From positions 9,199 to 73,198 of the forward strand of contig JBBATH010000009.1 in NCBI GenBank assembly GCA_040398845.1: DNA of 64,000 nt, written 5' to 3'. The notes under the pieces are model-generated. The model ran no database searches. It saw only the letters and a list, made by a program, of their open reading frames with translations, and was not told the origin of the DNA. Positions 9,697-18,642 of the stretch are shown in pieces (the stretch's first letter is position 1; each line of letters starts with the position of its first letter). The stretch comes from Candidatus Nanopelagicales bacterium (GTDB taxonomy: Bacteria > Actinomycetota > Actinomycetes > S36-B12). The position numbers were made by a program, and so were the translations under genes.

Positions 9697-10332
9697 TCAT
9701 GACCGCGCAACCTCCCGCATCTGTTCGATCGTGGCGCACAGCGCGACCATCCCCAACTCGAACCCTGATTCGTCAATGTGTTTGCGCGGGCTACTCCGCA
9801 GTGCTCGCCCGATCGCGGGGAAATCGACGTCATAGGACTGCGCCGAGCCGACGAAGCCAGCACTGAACGGCTCGACAGCGGAGCCCAGCACCAGATAGTC
9901 GAGGAGTGCCATGACCGGCATGATCGACGGTGCCGGCACCCCGACTCGCACGAGAAAAGCCGCGATAGGTTCATAAATCGCGAGCGCGTAATCCTCGTTG
10001 ATCGCCCGTGACACTATAAAAGTTGCGGCAACATGATGGACGCGATGGCAGTTGAGGTAACTCCTCGCCATGGTGCGCAGGTCCGATAGATCCTCGCTGG
10101 CCGCAAGCACACTCGTGTCGATATCGGCGTTGATGCGTCGATGAACAAGGGTGATCACGTCGTCAATCCCGCTTACGTGCGCGTACAGCGACGGCGCTTG
10201 AATGCCGAGTCGTGCAGCGAGAACGCGCATCGTGAACGCAGATTCACTCTTGGACTCGTCGAGAATTGCGAGCGCAGCCTCGCCGATGAGTTCGCGCGTG
10301 ACCCCGGGTCGAGCAGTTGTTTTCAGCAACAT
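9697..10332 (-). CDS. TetR/AcrR family transcriptional regulator
   Basis: 211 aa with an N-terminal HTH (FTMRVLAARLGIQAPSLYAHV) and a helical C-terminal ligand domain. It is divergent from the pot-like operon. Confidence 0.88.
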   Translation of the reverse strand: MLLKTTARPGVTRELIGEAALAILDESKSESAFTMRVLAARLGIQAPSLYAHVSGIDDVITLVHRRINADIDTSVLAASEDLSDLRTMARSYLNCHRVHHVAATFIVSRAINEDYALAIYEPIAAFLVRVGVPAPSIMPVMALLDYLVLGSAVEPFSAGFVGSAQSYDVDFPAIGRALRSSPRKHIDESGFELGMVALCATIEQMREVARS

Positions 10333-10388
10333 GCTCGGCTGACCCCTCTTTCATGTTACGACTTGGTAAAAGATCTTCCGCCCCCTTC

Positions 10389-10401
10389 CTAACGTCGTTA
10401 G
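10389..10401. promoter_or_regulatory. candidate TetR operator: perfect 6-1-6 palindrome CTAACG-T-CGTTAG
   Basis: Read directly from the sequence. It lies in the 114-nt divergent region between the TetR gene and potA, about 45 nt upstream of the likely potA start. Confidence 0.45.
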
Positions 10402-10419
10402 TCTCCGTGACACGCTCGC

Positions 10420-11517
10420 TTGACGTCAACCCTTTCGGAGGAACCCTTGGACGCTTCGGCTCCAGCGCTCAGCGTGCGGGACGTTACGAAGACATTCCAA
10501 ACGCCAGAGGGTGGCCAGATCCACGCTCTCGATTCAGTGAGTCTGGACATCGCTGACGGATCCTTCATGGTGCTCCTAGGTCCCTCCGGCTGCGGCAAAA
10601 CCACCCTGCTGCGCTGCATAGCCGGCCTCGAGTCCCCGGACTCCGGACGGATTGACCTTCGGGGGCAACGCATCGACGACATGCCCGTTTGGCGTCGGCG
10701 GGTGAACACGGTCTTTCAGTCATACGCCCTGTTCCCCCATATGACCGTGGCCCAGAACATCGCCTTTGGCCTGCAGATGGACAAGGTGCCGGGCGACATC
10801 ATTAAGCGCAAGGTCAACGAATCCCTCGACATGGTGCACCTGTCCGGCCTTGGCTCGCGTAAACCCTCTCAGCTCTCAGGCGGTCAGCAACAGCGAGTGG
10901 CTCTCGCGAGGGCCCTCGCTAAGGAACCAGAGGTCCTTCTTCTTGACGAGCCACTTTCCGCACTGGACCTTAAATTGCGCCGTGGCATGCAGTCAGAGCT
11001 CAAGCGTCTCCAGCGCGAGACGTCGATCACCTTCGTCCTTGTCACCCATGATCAAGACGAGGCGATGGCGATGGGCGACCAGGTTGCCGTGTTCAACACG
11101 GGCCGGATCGTGCAGGTCGGCGAGCCTCGCGGGGTATATCTACGCCCATGCAGCCGTTTCGTTGCCGACTTCATCGGTGAGGCAAATGTCCTCACCGGTG
11201 CCCTCGATACCTACGGTCTGGTCATTGAGTCCGTGGGCTTTGTTCCACGCGACCGGTTGGTGCCTGACACACAGGCCGCCCTCGGCCAGGTTCACGTAGC
11301 CGTGCGGCCGGAGAACGTCTCACTCCAGATCGATCCAGTTGGGTCGGCCAAGGTCACAGATGTGTCGTACGTCGGTGGCGATATGAGGGTCGAGGCGCTT
11401 GCCGCGACGGCAAGCATCGTCTCTCGGGTGCCATCGCAAGGTGTCCAGCCACCGCGTATTGGCGACCTCGTCAGCGTCAGTTTCACCGAGGGTTCACTCA
11501 CCGTGGTGGCCGACTGA
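10420..11517 (+). CDS. potA: ABC transporter ATP-binding protein, PotA (spermidine/putrescine importer) type with C-terminal TOBE-like domain
   Basis: Walker A GPSGCGKTT, signature LSGGQQQRVALARAL, Walker B LLLDEPLSALD. A more likely start is TTG 10447, preceded by GGAGG at 10436-10440. Confidence 0.92.
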   Translation: MTSTLSEEPLDASAPALSVRDVTKTFQTPEGGQIHALDSVSLDIADGSFMVLLGPSGCGKTTLLRCIAGLESPDSGRIDLRGQRIDDMPVWRRRVNTVFQSYALFPHMTVAQNIAFGLQMDKVPGDIIKRKVNESLDMVHLSGLGSRKPSQLSGGQQQRVALARALAKEPEVLLLDEPLSALDLKLRRGMQSELKRLQRETSITFVLVTHDQDEAMAMGDQVAVFNTGRIVQVGEPRGVYLRPCSRFVADFIGEANVLTGALDTYGLVIESVGFVPRDRLVPDTQAALGQVHVAVRPENVSLQIDPVGSAKVTDVSYVGGDMRVEALAATASIVSRVPSQGVQPPRIGDLVSVSFTEGSLTVVAD

Positions 11518-12461
11518 TGAAGGCACCGTGGTCCCCCACGGCTCGGCAGCGACATCAAGCCGGGCAGGGTTCCTGGTGGAGCGGACTTCCCGGCGTCGTG
11601 TACCTCATCGCGCTGGTGTTCCTTCCCCTTGTCATCATTTTCATCTACTCCTTCCTCAGTCGTGCGAAACTCGGAGTCGGGGTCAAGTGGGAGTTCAGCC
11701 TCACGCCGTACACCGAATTGCTGTACAGCGAGTCCCTCTCAGGAGGCCGGTCCTTTGACCCGACCTACCTCCAAATCATCGCGAACTCCTTCTGGTACGC
11801 AATCATCACGAGCGCCGTCTGCCTCGTTCTCTCAATCCCGATTGCGCTGTGGCTCGCGACCCGCCCGCCCGAGCGCCGAACCGCCCTTGTCTTCGCCGTA
11901 ACGATCCCCTTCTGGACGAGCCTGCTCATCCGCACCTACTCGTTCATCATCATCCTGAACGACAACGGACCGATCAACGGACTCCTCAAGGGCATTGGCA
12001 TCATTGACGAGCCCATCGCGATGCTGTACACCCCGTTCGCCACAGTCGTCGGGCTCGTCTACACGTTCCTTCCGTTCATGATCCTGCCGATCTACGCCAG
12101 TGCAGAACGATTCGACTTCCGCTTGGCCGAAGCCGCCTACGACCTCGGCGCAGCAAAGTGGACCGTCCTGCGCCGCGTCGTTCTCCCGAGCATCAGACCC
12201 GGGATCATCGCCGGTATGGTCCTTGTCTTCATCCCCGCGCTCGGCTCGTACCTCGCTCCTGAACTCCTTGGCGGTGGCAAGACCTCGATGATCGCCAACG
12301 TCATCGCGGCCCAGTTCGGAGCCTCCCGCAACTGGCCATTCGGTGCAGCCCTTTCCGTGCTCCTCCTCGTCATCACCCTGCTTGTGCTCATCACCTTTGC
12401 CGTCGTTGCAAAGCGCGCGAGTCGGGCAGCTGGCCGAGGTGGATGGGAAGCCCTCATATGA
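11517..12461 (+). CDS. potB: ABC transporter permease, PotB type
   Basis: Six-TM BPD-transport protein with an EAA-like loop (AEAAYDLGAAKWTVLRRVVLP). TGATG junction with potA. Confidence 0.9.
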   Translation: MKAPWSPTARQRHQAGQGSWWSGLPGVVYLIALVFLPLVIIFIYSFLSRAKLGVGVKWEFSLTPYTELLYSESLSGGRSFDPTYLQIIANSFWYAIITSAVCLVLSIPIALWLATRPPERRTALVFAVTIPFWTSLLIRTYSFIIILNDNGPINGLLKGIGIIDEPIAMLYTPFATVVGLVYTFLPFMILPIYASAERFDFRLAEAAYDLGAAKWTVLRRVVLPSIRPGIIAGMVLVFIPALGSYLAPELLGGGKTSMIANVIAAQFGASRNWPFGAALSVLLLVITLLVLITFAVVAKRASRAAGRGGWEALI

Positions 12462-13285
12462 CGACAGACAGCAAGCGGACTAGGGGCCGTAGAGGAGGAG
12501 GCGTCGGCCTCGGACTGCGGGACTTCCCGACCTTCAAGGCCGTCTCCTACCTCGTGTTCGTGTTCCTGTATCTCCCATTGATTTTCGTCGTCGCATACTC
12601 GTTCAACTCGAACCGAGTCGTGAGCGTGTGGCGCGGATTTACCTTCTCCTGGTATTCAGAGGTGCTCGGCAACGACGACATCCAGCGTGCGCTCTTCAAC
12701 TCGCTGAGAATCGGCGTCGTCGCCACCATTGTCTCCGTGGTGCTCGCCACTGGCCTCGCGATCGGCTTGCTCACGATGGCTCGGGCCGGTCGAACCTTCG
12801 CATGGACACTTATCGGCGCGCCACTCATCATCCCCGAGATCGTGTTCGCCATCGGCACGCTCGCCCTATTTGTCCAAAGTCGCATACCGCTCGGGGTCAA
12901 CGCCATCACCCTGGCCCACATCGCTTTCTGCGTTCCGTTCGCACTCCTCCCCATCAGAGCCCGGCTCCGCGGCGTCGACCCTGCCGTCTACGAGGCAGCC
13001 GCGGATCTCGGCGCAGGCGAGTTCACGATCTTCCGGCGCATGACGTTGCCGCTCCTCGCACCGGGCATCATTGCCGGTGCCCTCCTCGCCTTCATCATCA
13101 GCCTCGACGACTTCATCGTGTCGTACTTCCTCGCCGGCCCCGGCGGTACCACCCTGCCCGTCTACATCTTCGGGATGATCCGCAACGCCGTTACCCCCGG
13201 GGTCAATGCACTGTCCACCCTCATGCTCATCGCGAGCATCCTCATTGTTTCACTGTCCTATCTGTTGGCCCGAAAAAGGAGATGA
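12443..13285 (+). CDS. potC: ABC transporter permease, PotC type
   Basis: EAA loop YEAAADLGAGEFTIFRRMTLP. An alternative start at ATG 12458 forms an ATGA overlap with the potB stop. Confidence 0.9.
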   Translation: MGSPHMTTDSKRTRGRRGGGVGLGLRDFPTFKAVSYLVFVFLYLPLIFVVAYSFNSNRVVSVWRGFTFSWYSEVLGNDDIQRALFNSLRIGVVATIVSVVLATGLAIGLLTMARAGRTFAWTLIGAPLIIPEIVFAIGTLALFVQSRIPLGVNAITLAHIAFCVPFALLPIRARLRGVDPAVYEAAADLGAGEFTIFRRMTLPLLAPGIIAGALLAFIISLDDFIVSYFLAGPGGTTLPVYIFGMIRNAVTPGVNALSTLMLIASILIVSLSYLLARKRR

Positions 13286-13288
13286 GAA

Positions 13289-14443
13289 ATGATCAAAAAG
13301 AAGACACGACGCGGATTCGCCGCAGCGGTCGCGCTCAGCGCCGCCAGCGTCATGATCCTGGCCGGATGCGGAGGAGAGGCCACCCCGGCCGGTGCCGGCG
13401 CGACCGAGACCGCTGCACCGGCAGCAAGTGAGGCGGCTACGTCAGCTCCCGCTTCTGACTTCCCGACCGCAAACGGAGGTGAACTGAACCTCTACAACTG
13501 GACTGACTACATCTCACCTGAGGTGCTCAAGCGCTTCGAGACCGAGACAGGCATCAAGGTCAACCTCGACAACTTCGACTCAAACGAGACCCTGCTTGCC
13601 AAGCTCCAGGCCGGTGGCGCCAACTACGACGTCATCGTCCCGAGTGACTACATGGTCGCCCAGATGATCGAACTCGGCTTGCTCGAGCAGGTGAATCCCG
13701 CGTCATTCCCCAATGGTCAGAACATCAAGCCAGCGTTCCTTGACGTCTACTTCGATCAGGGACGCGGGTACACGGCGCCGTACATGTACGGCACCACGGG
13801 CATCGCCTACGACCCGAGCAAGACCGGCGGGCCAGTCACGAGTTGGGCAGACTTCTTCTCACCCGACAGCCCTGCCACTGGAAAGATCGGCACCCTCAAC
13901 GATCAGGTCGAGGTCATCCACGCGGCCCTGCGTGCGGTCGGCTCCCAGCCCTGCTCAATCGATAAGGCCGACTATGTCAAGGTCGAGAGCCTGCTCGCGG
14001 GCTGGAAGCCAGGCGTTGCAGTCATCAACTCAGACGGAGTCATCGGTCGCATGGCCAGCGGCGAACAGTCAATGCACATGATGTGGAACGGTGCCTTCCA
14101 CCGCGCCAAGGCCGACAACGCTGGACTCGAATACGCGTTCCCGTCCGAGGGTCTCAACCTCTGGCAGGACAACTTCGCGGTGCCGGTAGGAGCCCAGAAC
14201 GTCGACAACGCGAAGATCTTCATCAACTGGATGATGGATCCCGCAAACATCGGCGAGGCAACCAACTTCGTCGGCTACGACAACGGCATCACGGGTTCGG
14301 ACGCTTTCATGGATGCGGATATCGCCGGTGACCCAGCCGTCGTCATGTCGGCGGAAAACGCCGCACTTGCGAAGCCGACCCCGGGTTGCTCCGTTGAGGC
14401 CATCGACCTGTACGACCAGGTCTGGACCACCTTCAAGAAGTAG
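13289..14443 (+). CDS. potD: extracellular solute-binding lipoprotein, PotD/PotF family
   Basis: Signal peptide with lipobox LAGCGG. NLYNWTDYI is the start typical of PotD/PotF proteins. RBS AAAGGAG lies upstream. Confidence 0.88.
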   Translation: MIKKKTRRGFAAAVALSAASVMILAGCGGEATPAGAGATETAAPAASEAATSAPASDFPTANGGELNLYNWTDYISPEVLKRFETETGIKVNLDNFDSNETLLAKLQAGGANYDVIVPSDYMVAQMIELGLLEQVNPASFPNGQNIKPAFLDVYFDQGRGYTAPYMYGTTGIAYDPSKTGGPVTSWADFFSPDSPATGKIGTLNDQVEVIHAALRAVGSQPCSIDKADYVKVESLLAGWKPGVAVINSDGVIGRMASGEQSMHMMWNGAFHRAKADNAGLEYAFPSEGLNLWQDNFAVPVGAQNVDNAKIFINWMMDPANIGEATNFVGYDNGITGSDAFMDADIAGDPAVVMSAENAALAKPTPGCSVEAIDLYDQVWTTFKK

Positions 14444-14565
14444 TCCATTCACTGAGCTCACCCGGCTCGGGTGGCGCCGCGGCTCAATCGCGATGCCACC
14501 CGAGCGCGGGGGAAACGACATCATCACGACAACCATCGGCATGTTGCCAACAAGATCGGAGCACT

Positions 14566-16203
14566 GTGAGCACGCCCAGCCTTGGAAAGGTCACCCGCAT
14601 CGAGAACGCCGTCGTCTGGACAGGTCGGCAGATCCCCGGCACCGCTGACTACGCAGTCACCGATGCCATCGCCTTTGTGGGCGACAGTGTCCTCGCGCTC
14701 GGCCAAGCGGCACGCTCGATGGCGGCCGACCACATCATCGATGCGCAGGGCGGATTCATCTGCCACGCCTTCGGCGACGGCCATGTGCACTCAATCTTTG
14801 GTGGCCTCGAACAGCAGTTCGCGCCGGTTCGTGGCCATGAGAATCCGCAGGGAATCGCGAGGGCCGTCGGCGAGTGGGCTCGCGCACATCCCGAGGTCCC
14901 ATGGATCAGGGGTGAGGGCTTCGACCACACGCTGGCGCCCAGCGGCATCTTCCACGCCACCTGGCTCGATGCAGAGGTTCCCGACCGTCCCGTCGTGCTT
15001 CGGGCCACCGACTACCACACCGTTTGGGTGAACAGCACCGCCCTGCGGCTCGCAGGCTACGCGCGCGGAGTTGCACAGCCGCACGACGGGGAAATAGTTT
15101 GCGACGAGGTCGGCGACCCGACGGGCACCCTGCGCGAGTGGGGTGCGTGGCGTCCGGTCTACGACCTCATGCCCGAGGTACCCCTCGACATGCGGATGGC
15201 CGCCATCGAGCACGCTGCTCGCTCATTCGCAGCGTCAGGCCTCGCTTGGGTTCAGGATGCCTGGGTTGAGCGCGCCGATGTCAACACGTGGATCGAAGCT
15301 TCCACGCGTGGTCTCCTCACCTTCCGCGCCGATCTCGCACTCTGGGCCGATCCCAATTCCTGGCGTGATCAACTCGCCGGGTTCTCAGAGGACCGCGCAC
15401 GGATCGCCGCCCACGGCTCCCCCGCGCTGTCGGCCAACACGGTCAAATTCTTTGCCGATGGCGTCATCGAATCAGGTACGGGCGCGCTCCTTGAGCCCTA
15501 CTGCGACTGCCCCCACTCCAAGGGCATGCCGAACTGGGATCCCGCCGAACTTGCCCTAGCGGTCACGGCCATCGACGCTCTCGGATTCAATGCTCACATT
15601 CACGCAATCGGAGACGGCGCCGCGCGGATGGCACTCGATGGCATTGAGGCCGCGATCATCGCCAACGGTCCGCGGGATCGTCGCCCCGTCATTGTTCATC
15701 TCCAACTCGTCGATGATGCAGACCTGCCTAGATTCGCGGCCCTCGGTGTTGTCGCCAACTTCGAGCCCTACTGGGCGAAGTTTGACTCCTGGCAGACGGA
15801 GTTGACGGCCCCAAGACTTGGTGAATTGCGCACGAGCCGGCAATACCTCATGAAGAGTCTCGTGGATTCGGGCGCGACCGTCTCGTTTGGCAGCGATTGG
15901 CCGGTGACCACCTATGCTCCGCTGGCCGGCATCCAGGTCGCGGTCAACCGTCGTATGTCAGCCGATCCGGTTGATGAACCGTGGCTCCCAGGTGAGCGCG
16001 TGAACGTCGAGCAAGCCCTTGCTGCCTACACCTCAGGGGTCGGCTGGCAGACCGCCCAGCAAGACGAAGGGCTGCTCCGCCCTGGCGGACGTGCCGATGT
16101 GGTGTGGCTCGCGAAGGATCCTCGCACTGTCGATCCGATGGCAATCGAGGAGATCGCAATTCTGGGCACCTGGTCGTCCGGTGTGCGGGTCCACGGGGGT
16201 TAG
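14566..16203 (+). CDS. metal-dependent amidohydrolase, YtcJ / Amidohydro_3 family
   Basis: 545 aa, with an HxH metal motif (GDGHVHS), later His motifs (NAHIHAIGDGA, VIVHLQLV) and a C-terminal Asp (FGSDWPV). GTG start preceded by GGAG. Confidence 0.85.
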   Translation: MSTPSLGKVTRIENAVVWTGRQIPGTADYAVTDAIAFVGDSVLALGQAARSMAADHIIDAQGGFICHAFGDGHVHSIFGGLEQQFAPVRGHENPQGIARAVGEWARAHPEVPWIRGEGFDHTLAPSGIFHATWLDAEVPDRPVVLRATDYHTVWVNSTALRLAGYARGVAQPHDGEIVCDEVGDPTGTLREWGAWRPVYDLMPEVPLDMRMAAIEHAARSFAASGLAWVQDAWVERADVNTWIEASTRGLLTFRADLALWADPNSWRDQLAGFSEDRARIAAHGSPALSANTVKFFADGVIESGTGALLEPYCDCPHSKGMPNWDPAELALAVTAIDALGFNAHIHAIGDGAARMALDGIEAAIIANGPRDRRPVIVHLQLVDDADLPRFAALGVVANFEPYWAKFDSWQTELTAPRLGELRTSRQYLMKSLVDSGATVSFGSDWPVTTYAPLAGIQVAVNRRMSADPVDEPWLPGERVNVEQALAAYTSGVGWQTAQQDEGLLRPGGRADVVWLAKDPRTVDPMAIEEIAILGTWSSGVRVHGG

Positions 16204-16205
16204 GA

Positions 16206-16955
16206 ATGGCCCTCACCCCGGGCGAGGCTGATCGACTACTCCTGTACACCCAGGGGCTGCTCGCCCGTGAGCGGCACACCCGCGGACTGCTCCTCAACGT
16301 CCCCGAGTCGACTGCGATCATCGCGAATGCTGTCTGCGAGGCCGCTCGTGACGGCATGGATCTCGCGACTGCGCGCGAGACCGGACGTAGCGTTCTCAGC
16401 GCGACAGATGTGCTTCCGGGAGTTGTTGAGATCGTCACGGACGTCTCGGTTGAGGCAAGGTTCGACGACGGCACTCGACTCGTTGTCGTTCGGGACCCGT
16501 TCCGAACAGCACACGATGATGTACCGGCCGAGGTCGAATCGGCGGCCTTCCCATCGACCGGTGCCATTCGAATCGAAAACTGCGCCCTCACCTCGATCGG
16601 TCTCACTTCACACATCCACCTAGCCGAGGTCAACCCGCGACTTCGCCTCGACCGAGGGGTGGCCTATGGCCACCGACTCGCGATCCCGAGCGGCGACACC
16701 ATCTGGATAGCACCGGGCGAGACCATCGAGATTGGAATCCAGCCGATCGCTGGGGCAAGGGTCGTCATCGGTAACACCGGTGTCGTCGATGGCTCGCTTG
16801 ACGATCCCGAGTTGCGCCGAAGGGCGCTCGACATACTGCGCTCCTGCGGATACCTCGATACCGAAACGCAGTCGGCACCCGGATCCCAGGATGGTCTCCC
16901 CCCGGCGGATGATGCCGTGAGGGTGCTCATGGAACGTCGGCAGGTGAACCAGTGA
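16206..16955 (+). CDS. ureAB: urease-like fused gamma-beta subunit (UreAB)
   Basis: The N-terminus, MALTPGEADRLLLYTQGLLARERHTRGLLLNVPESTAII...EARFDDGTRLVVVRDP, aligns with UreA. The second half, SHIHLAEVNPRLRLDRGVAYGHRLAIPSGDTIWIAPGE, aligns with UreB. ATG 16206 lies 2 nt after the amidohydrolase stop. The track start at 16104 overlaps that gene. Confidence 0.88.
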   Translation: MALTPGEADRLLLYTQGLLARERHTRGLLLNVPESTAIIANAVCEAARDGMDLATARETGRSVLSATDVLPGVVEIVTDVSVEARFDDGTRLVVVRDPFRTAHDDVPAEVESAAFPSTGAIRIENCALTSIGLTSHIHLAEVNPRLRLDRGVAYGHRLAIPSGDTIWIAPGETIEIGIQPIAGARVVIGNTGVVDGSLDDPELRRRALDILRSCGYLDTETQSAPGSQDGLPPADDAVRVLMERRQVNQ

Positions 16956-18622
16956 CCGCTCACCCTCGACCATACGGGCCTATCCATGGTGACGTCGTCG
17001 CCCTTGGTGACACCGGGCTGCGGCTGAGGATTACTCGTCGGGTCGATGACGAGCATGACGAGTTTCGAGTCGGTTTCGCGAAGTCTGGCCGTGATGGCAT
17101 CGGACTTCGAGGGGCCACGACGGCCGACTCCTGCGACCTTGTCATCACGAATGTGATTGTCCTAGATCCGGTCGACGGGGTGCAGGTCGCGAGCATCGGG
17201 ATTCGCCAGGGCCGCATATGCGGGATTGGCCGCGCCGGAAATCCCGATACGAGCGATAGCGTCGATCTCATCGTTGGGACAAGCACCGTGGTTATCGATG
17301 GAGACGGACTCATTGCGACTCCTGGTGGCATCGATACCCATGTGCACAGCCTGAGTCCGCGTGTCTTCAATGCAGAAATTTCATCCGGAATCACGACGGT
17401 GATAGGCCAGGAGGCCGGACCGATGTGGGGGGTTGGACTCGGTTCACGCTGGGTCATTGACCGCGCACTGCGGGCAATGGACGCCTTCCCGGTGAACATT
17501 GGACTCCTCGGTCGTGGCTCATCCTCGAACCCGCAGTCAATCCGCGAATCACTCCACGCCCATGCCTGTGGTCTCAAAGTGCACGAGGACACCGGAGCGA
17601 CCCTGCACACCATTGACACCGCCCTTCGCATGGCGGATGAAGCCGATGTTCAGGTTGCGCTCCACACCGATGGCCTGAACGAAACCCTTTCGGTGGCCGA
17701 CACCATCGCTGTTGTCGGTGGCCGAGCAATCCACGCCTTTCACGTCGAAGGATGCGGAGGCGGCCATGCACCTGACGTCCTGCGTCTCGCCGGGCACGAC
17801 AACATCCTTACTTCCTCCACGAACCCGACGCTCCCCTACGGGCTGAATGCTGTGGAAGAGCATCTCGACATGATCATGTTCTGCCATGGAATGGATGCGG
17901 ACCGGGCGAGCGACGTGCGCATCGCACGAGCCCGAGTGCGCGCTGCGACTATGGCCGCCGAAAGTCGCCTGCATGACCGAGGGGTCATCCACATGACCTC
18001 CTCGGATGCTCAAGGTATGGGGCGAGCTGGTGAGACCTGGTGGCGGACCTTCGCTCTCGCCGGGGTGGTCGCCGCCGCCGATCCGGCGCGAGCCGAGCGC
18101 TCAGAGACTGACGACGACAACGAAAGAATCCTGCGCTATCTGGCGAAGATCACCGTCAATCCGGCAATCGTCCATGGCATCGTCCATGAGGTTGGCAGGC
18201 TCGCACCCGGGTTCCTCGCCGACATAGCCCTGTGGAGGCCCGAGATGTTCGCGGCCAAGCCCTGGCTCGTCCTTAAGGGCGGTTTCCCTGCGTGGGGGGT
18301 GACCGGAGACCCGAATGCGAGCATCGACTCCGCTCAGCCGCTCATCCTCGCCGAGCAGTTCGGCGCGATTGGTGCGGCGCCCAGCGACCTTTCATTCCTG
18401 ATTTCCAATGTCGAAGCGATGGCACACGGACATGCTCCAATACCGCGACGAGTCGTCGCGACTTCAGGCTGCCGGACTGTCCGTTCCCGCGACCTTGTCC
18501 GGCACAGTCCACCTGGCGAGGTGCGGGTATCCCCTCAGGGGGACGAGGTCACGTGGAACGGCGAAGCCCTCACCCTTGATCCAGTCCGACACGTGCCGCT
18601 CTCGCGCCTGCACTTCTGGTAG
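16952..18622 (+). CDS. ureC: urease-like alpha (catalytic) subunit
   Basis: 556 aa, with GGIDTHVH, GLKVHEDTG, VALHTDGLNE, HAFHVEGCGGGHAPD, STNPTLPY, EEHLDMIMFCHGMD and TSSDAQGMGRAGE. Collinear with canonical UreC. GTGA overlap with ureAB. Confidence 0.9.
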   Translation: MTAHPRPYGPIHGDVVALGDTGLRLRITRRVDDEHDEFRVGFAKSGRDGIGLRGATTADSCDLVITNVIVLDPVDGVQVASIGIRQGRICGIGRAGNPDTSDSVDLIVGTSTVVIDGDGLIATPGGIDTHVHSLSPRVFNAEISSGITTVIGQEAGPMWGVGLGSRWVIDRALRAMDAFPVNIGLLGRGSSSNPQSIRESLHAHACGLKVHEDTGATLHTIDTALRMADEADVQVALHTDGLNETLSVADTIAVVGGRAIHAFHVEGCGGGHAPDVLRLAGHDNILTSSTNPTLPYGLNAVEEHLDMIMFCHGMDADRASDVRIARARVRAATMAAESRLHDRGVIHMTSSDAQGMGRAGETWWRTFALAGVVAAADPARAERSETDDDNERILRYLAKITVNPAIVHGIVHEVGRLAPGFLADIALWRPEMFAAKPWLVLKGGFPAWGVTGDPNASIDSAQPLILAEQFGAIGAAPSDLSFLISNVEAMAHGHAPIPRRVVATSGCRTVRSRDLVRHSPPGEVRVSPQGDEVTWNGEALTLDPVRHVPLSRLHFW

Positions 18623-18642
18623 TTTGCCCCACCGTGGCCGGT

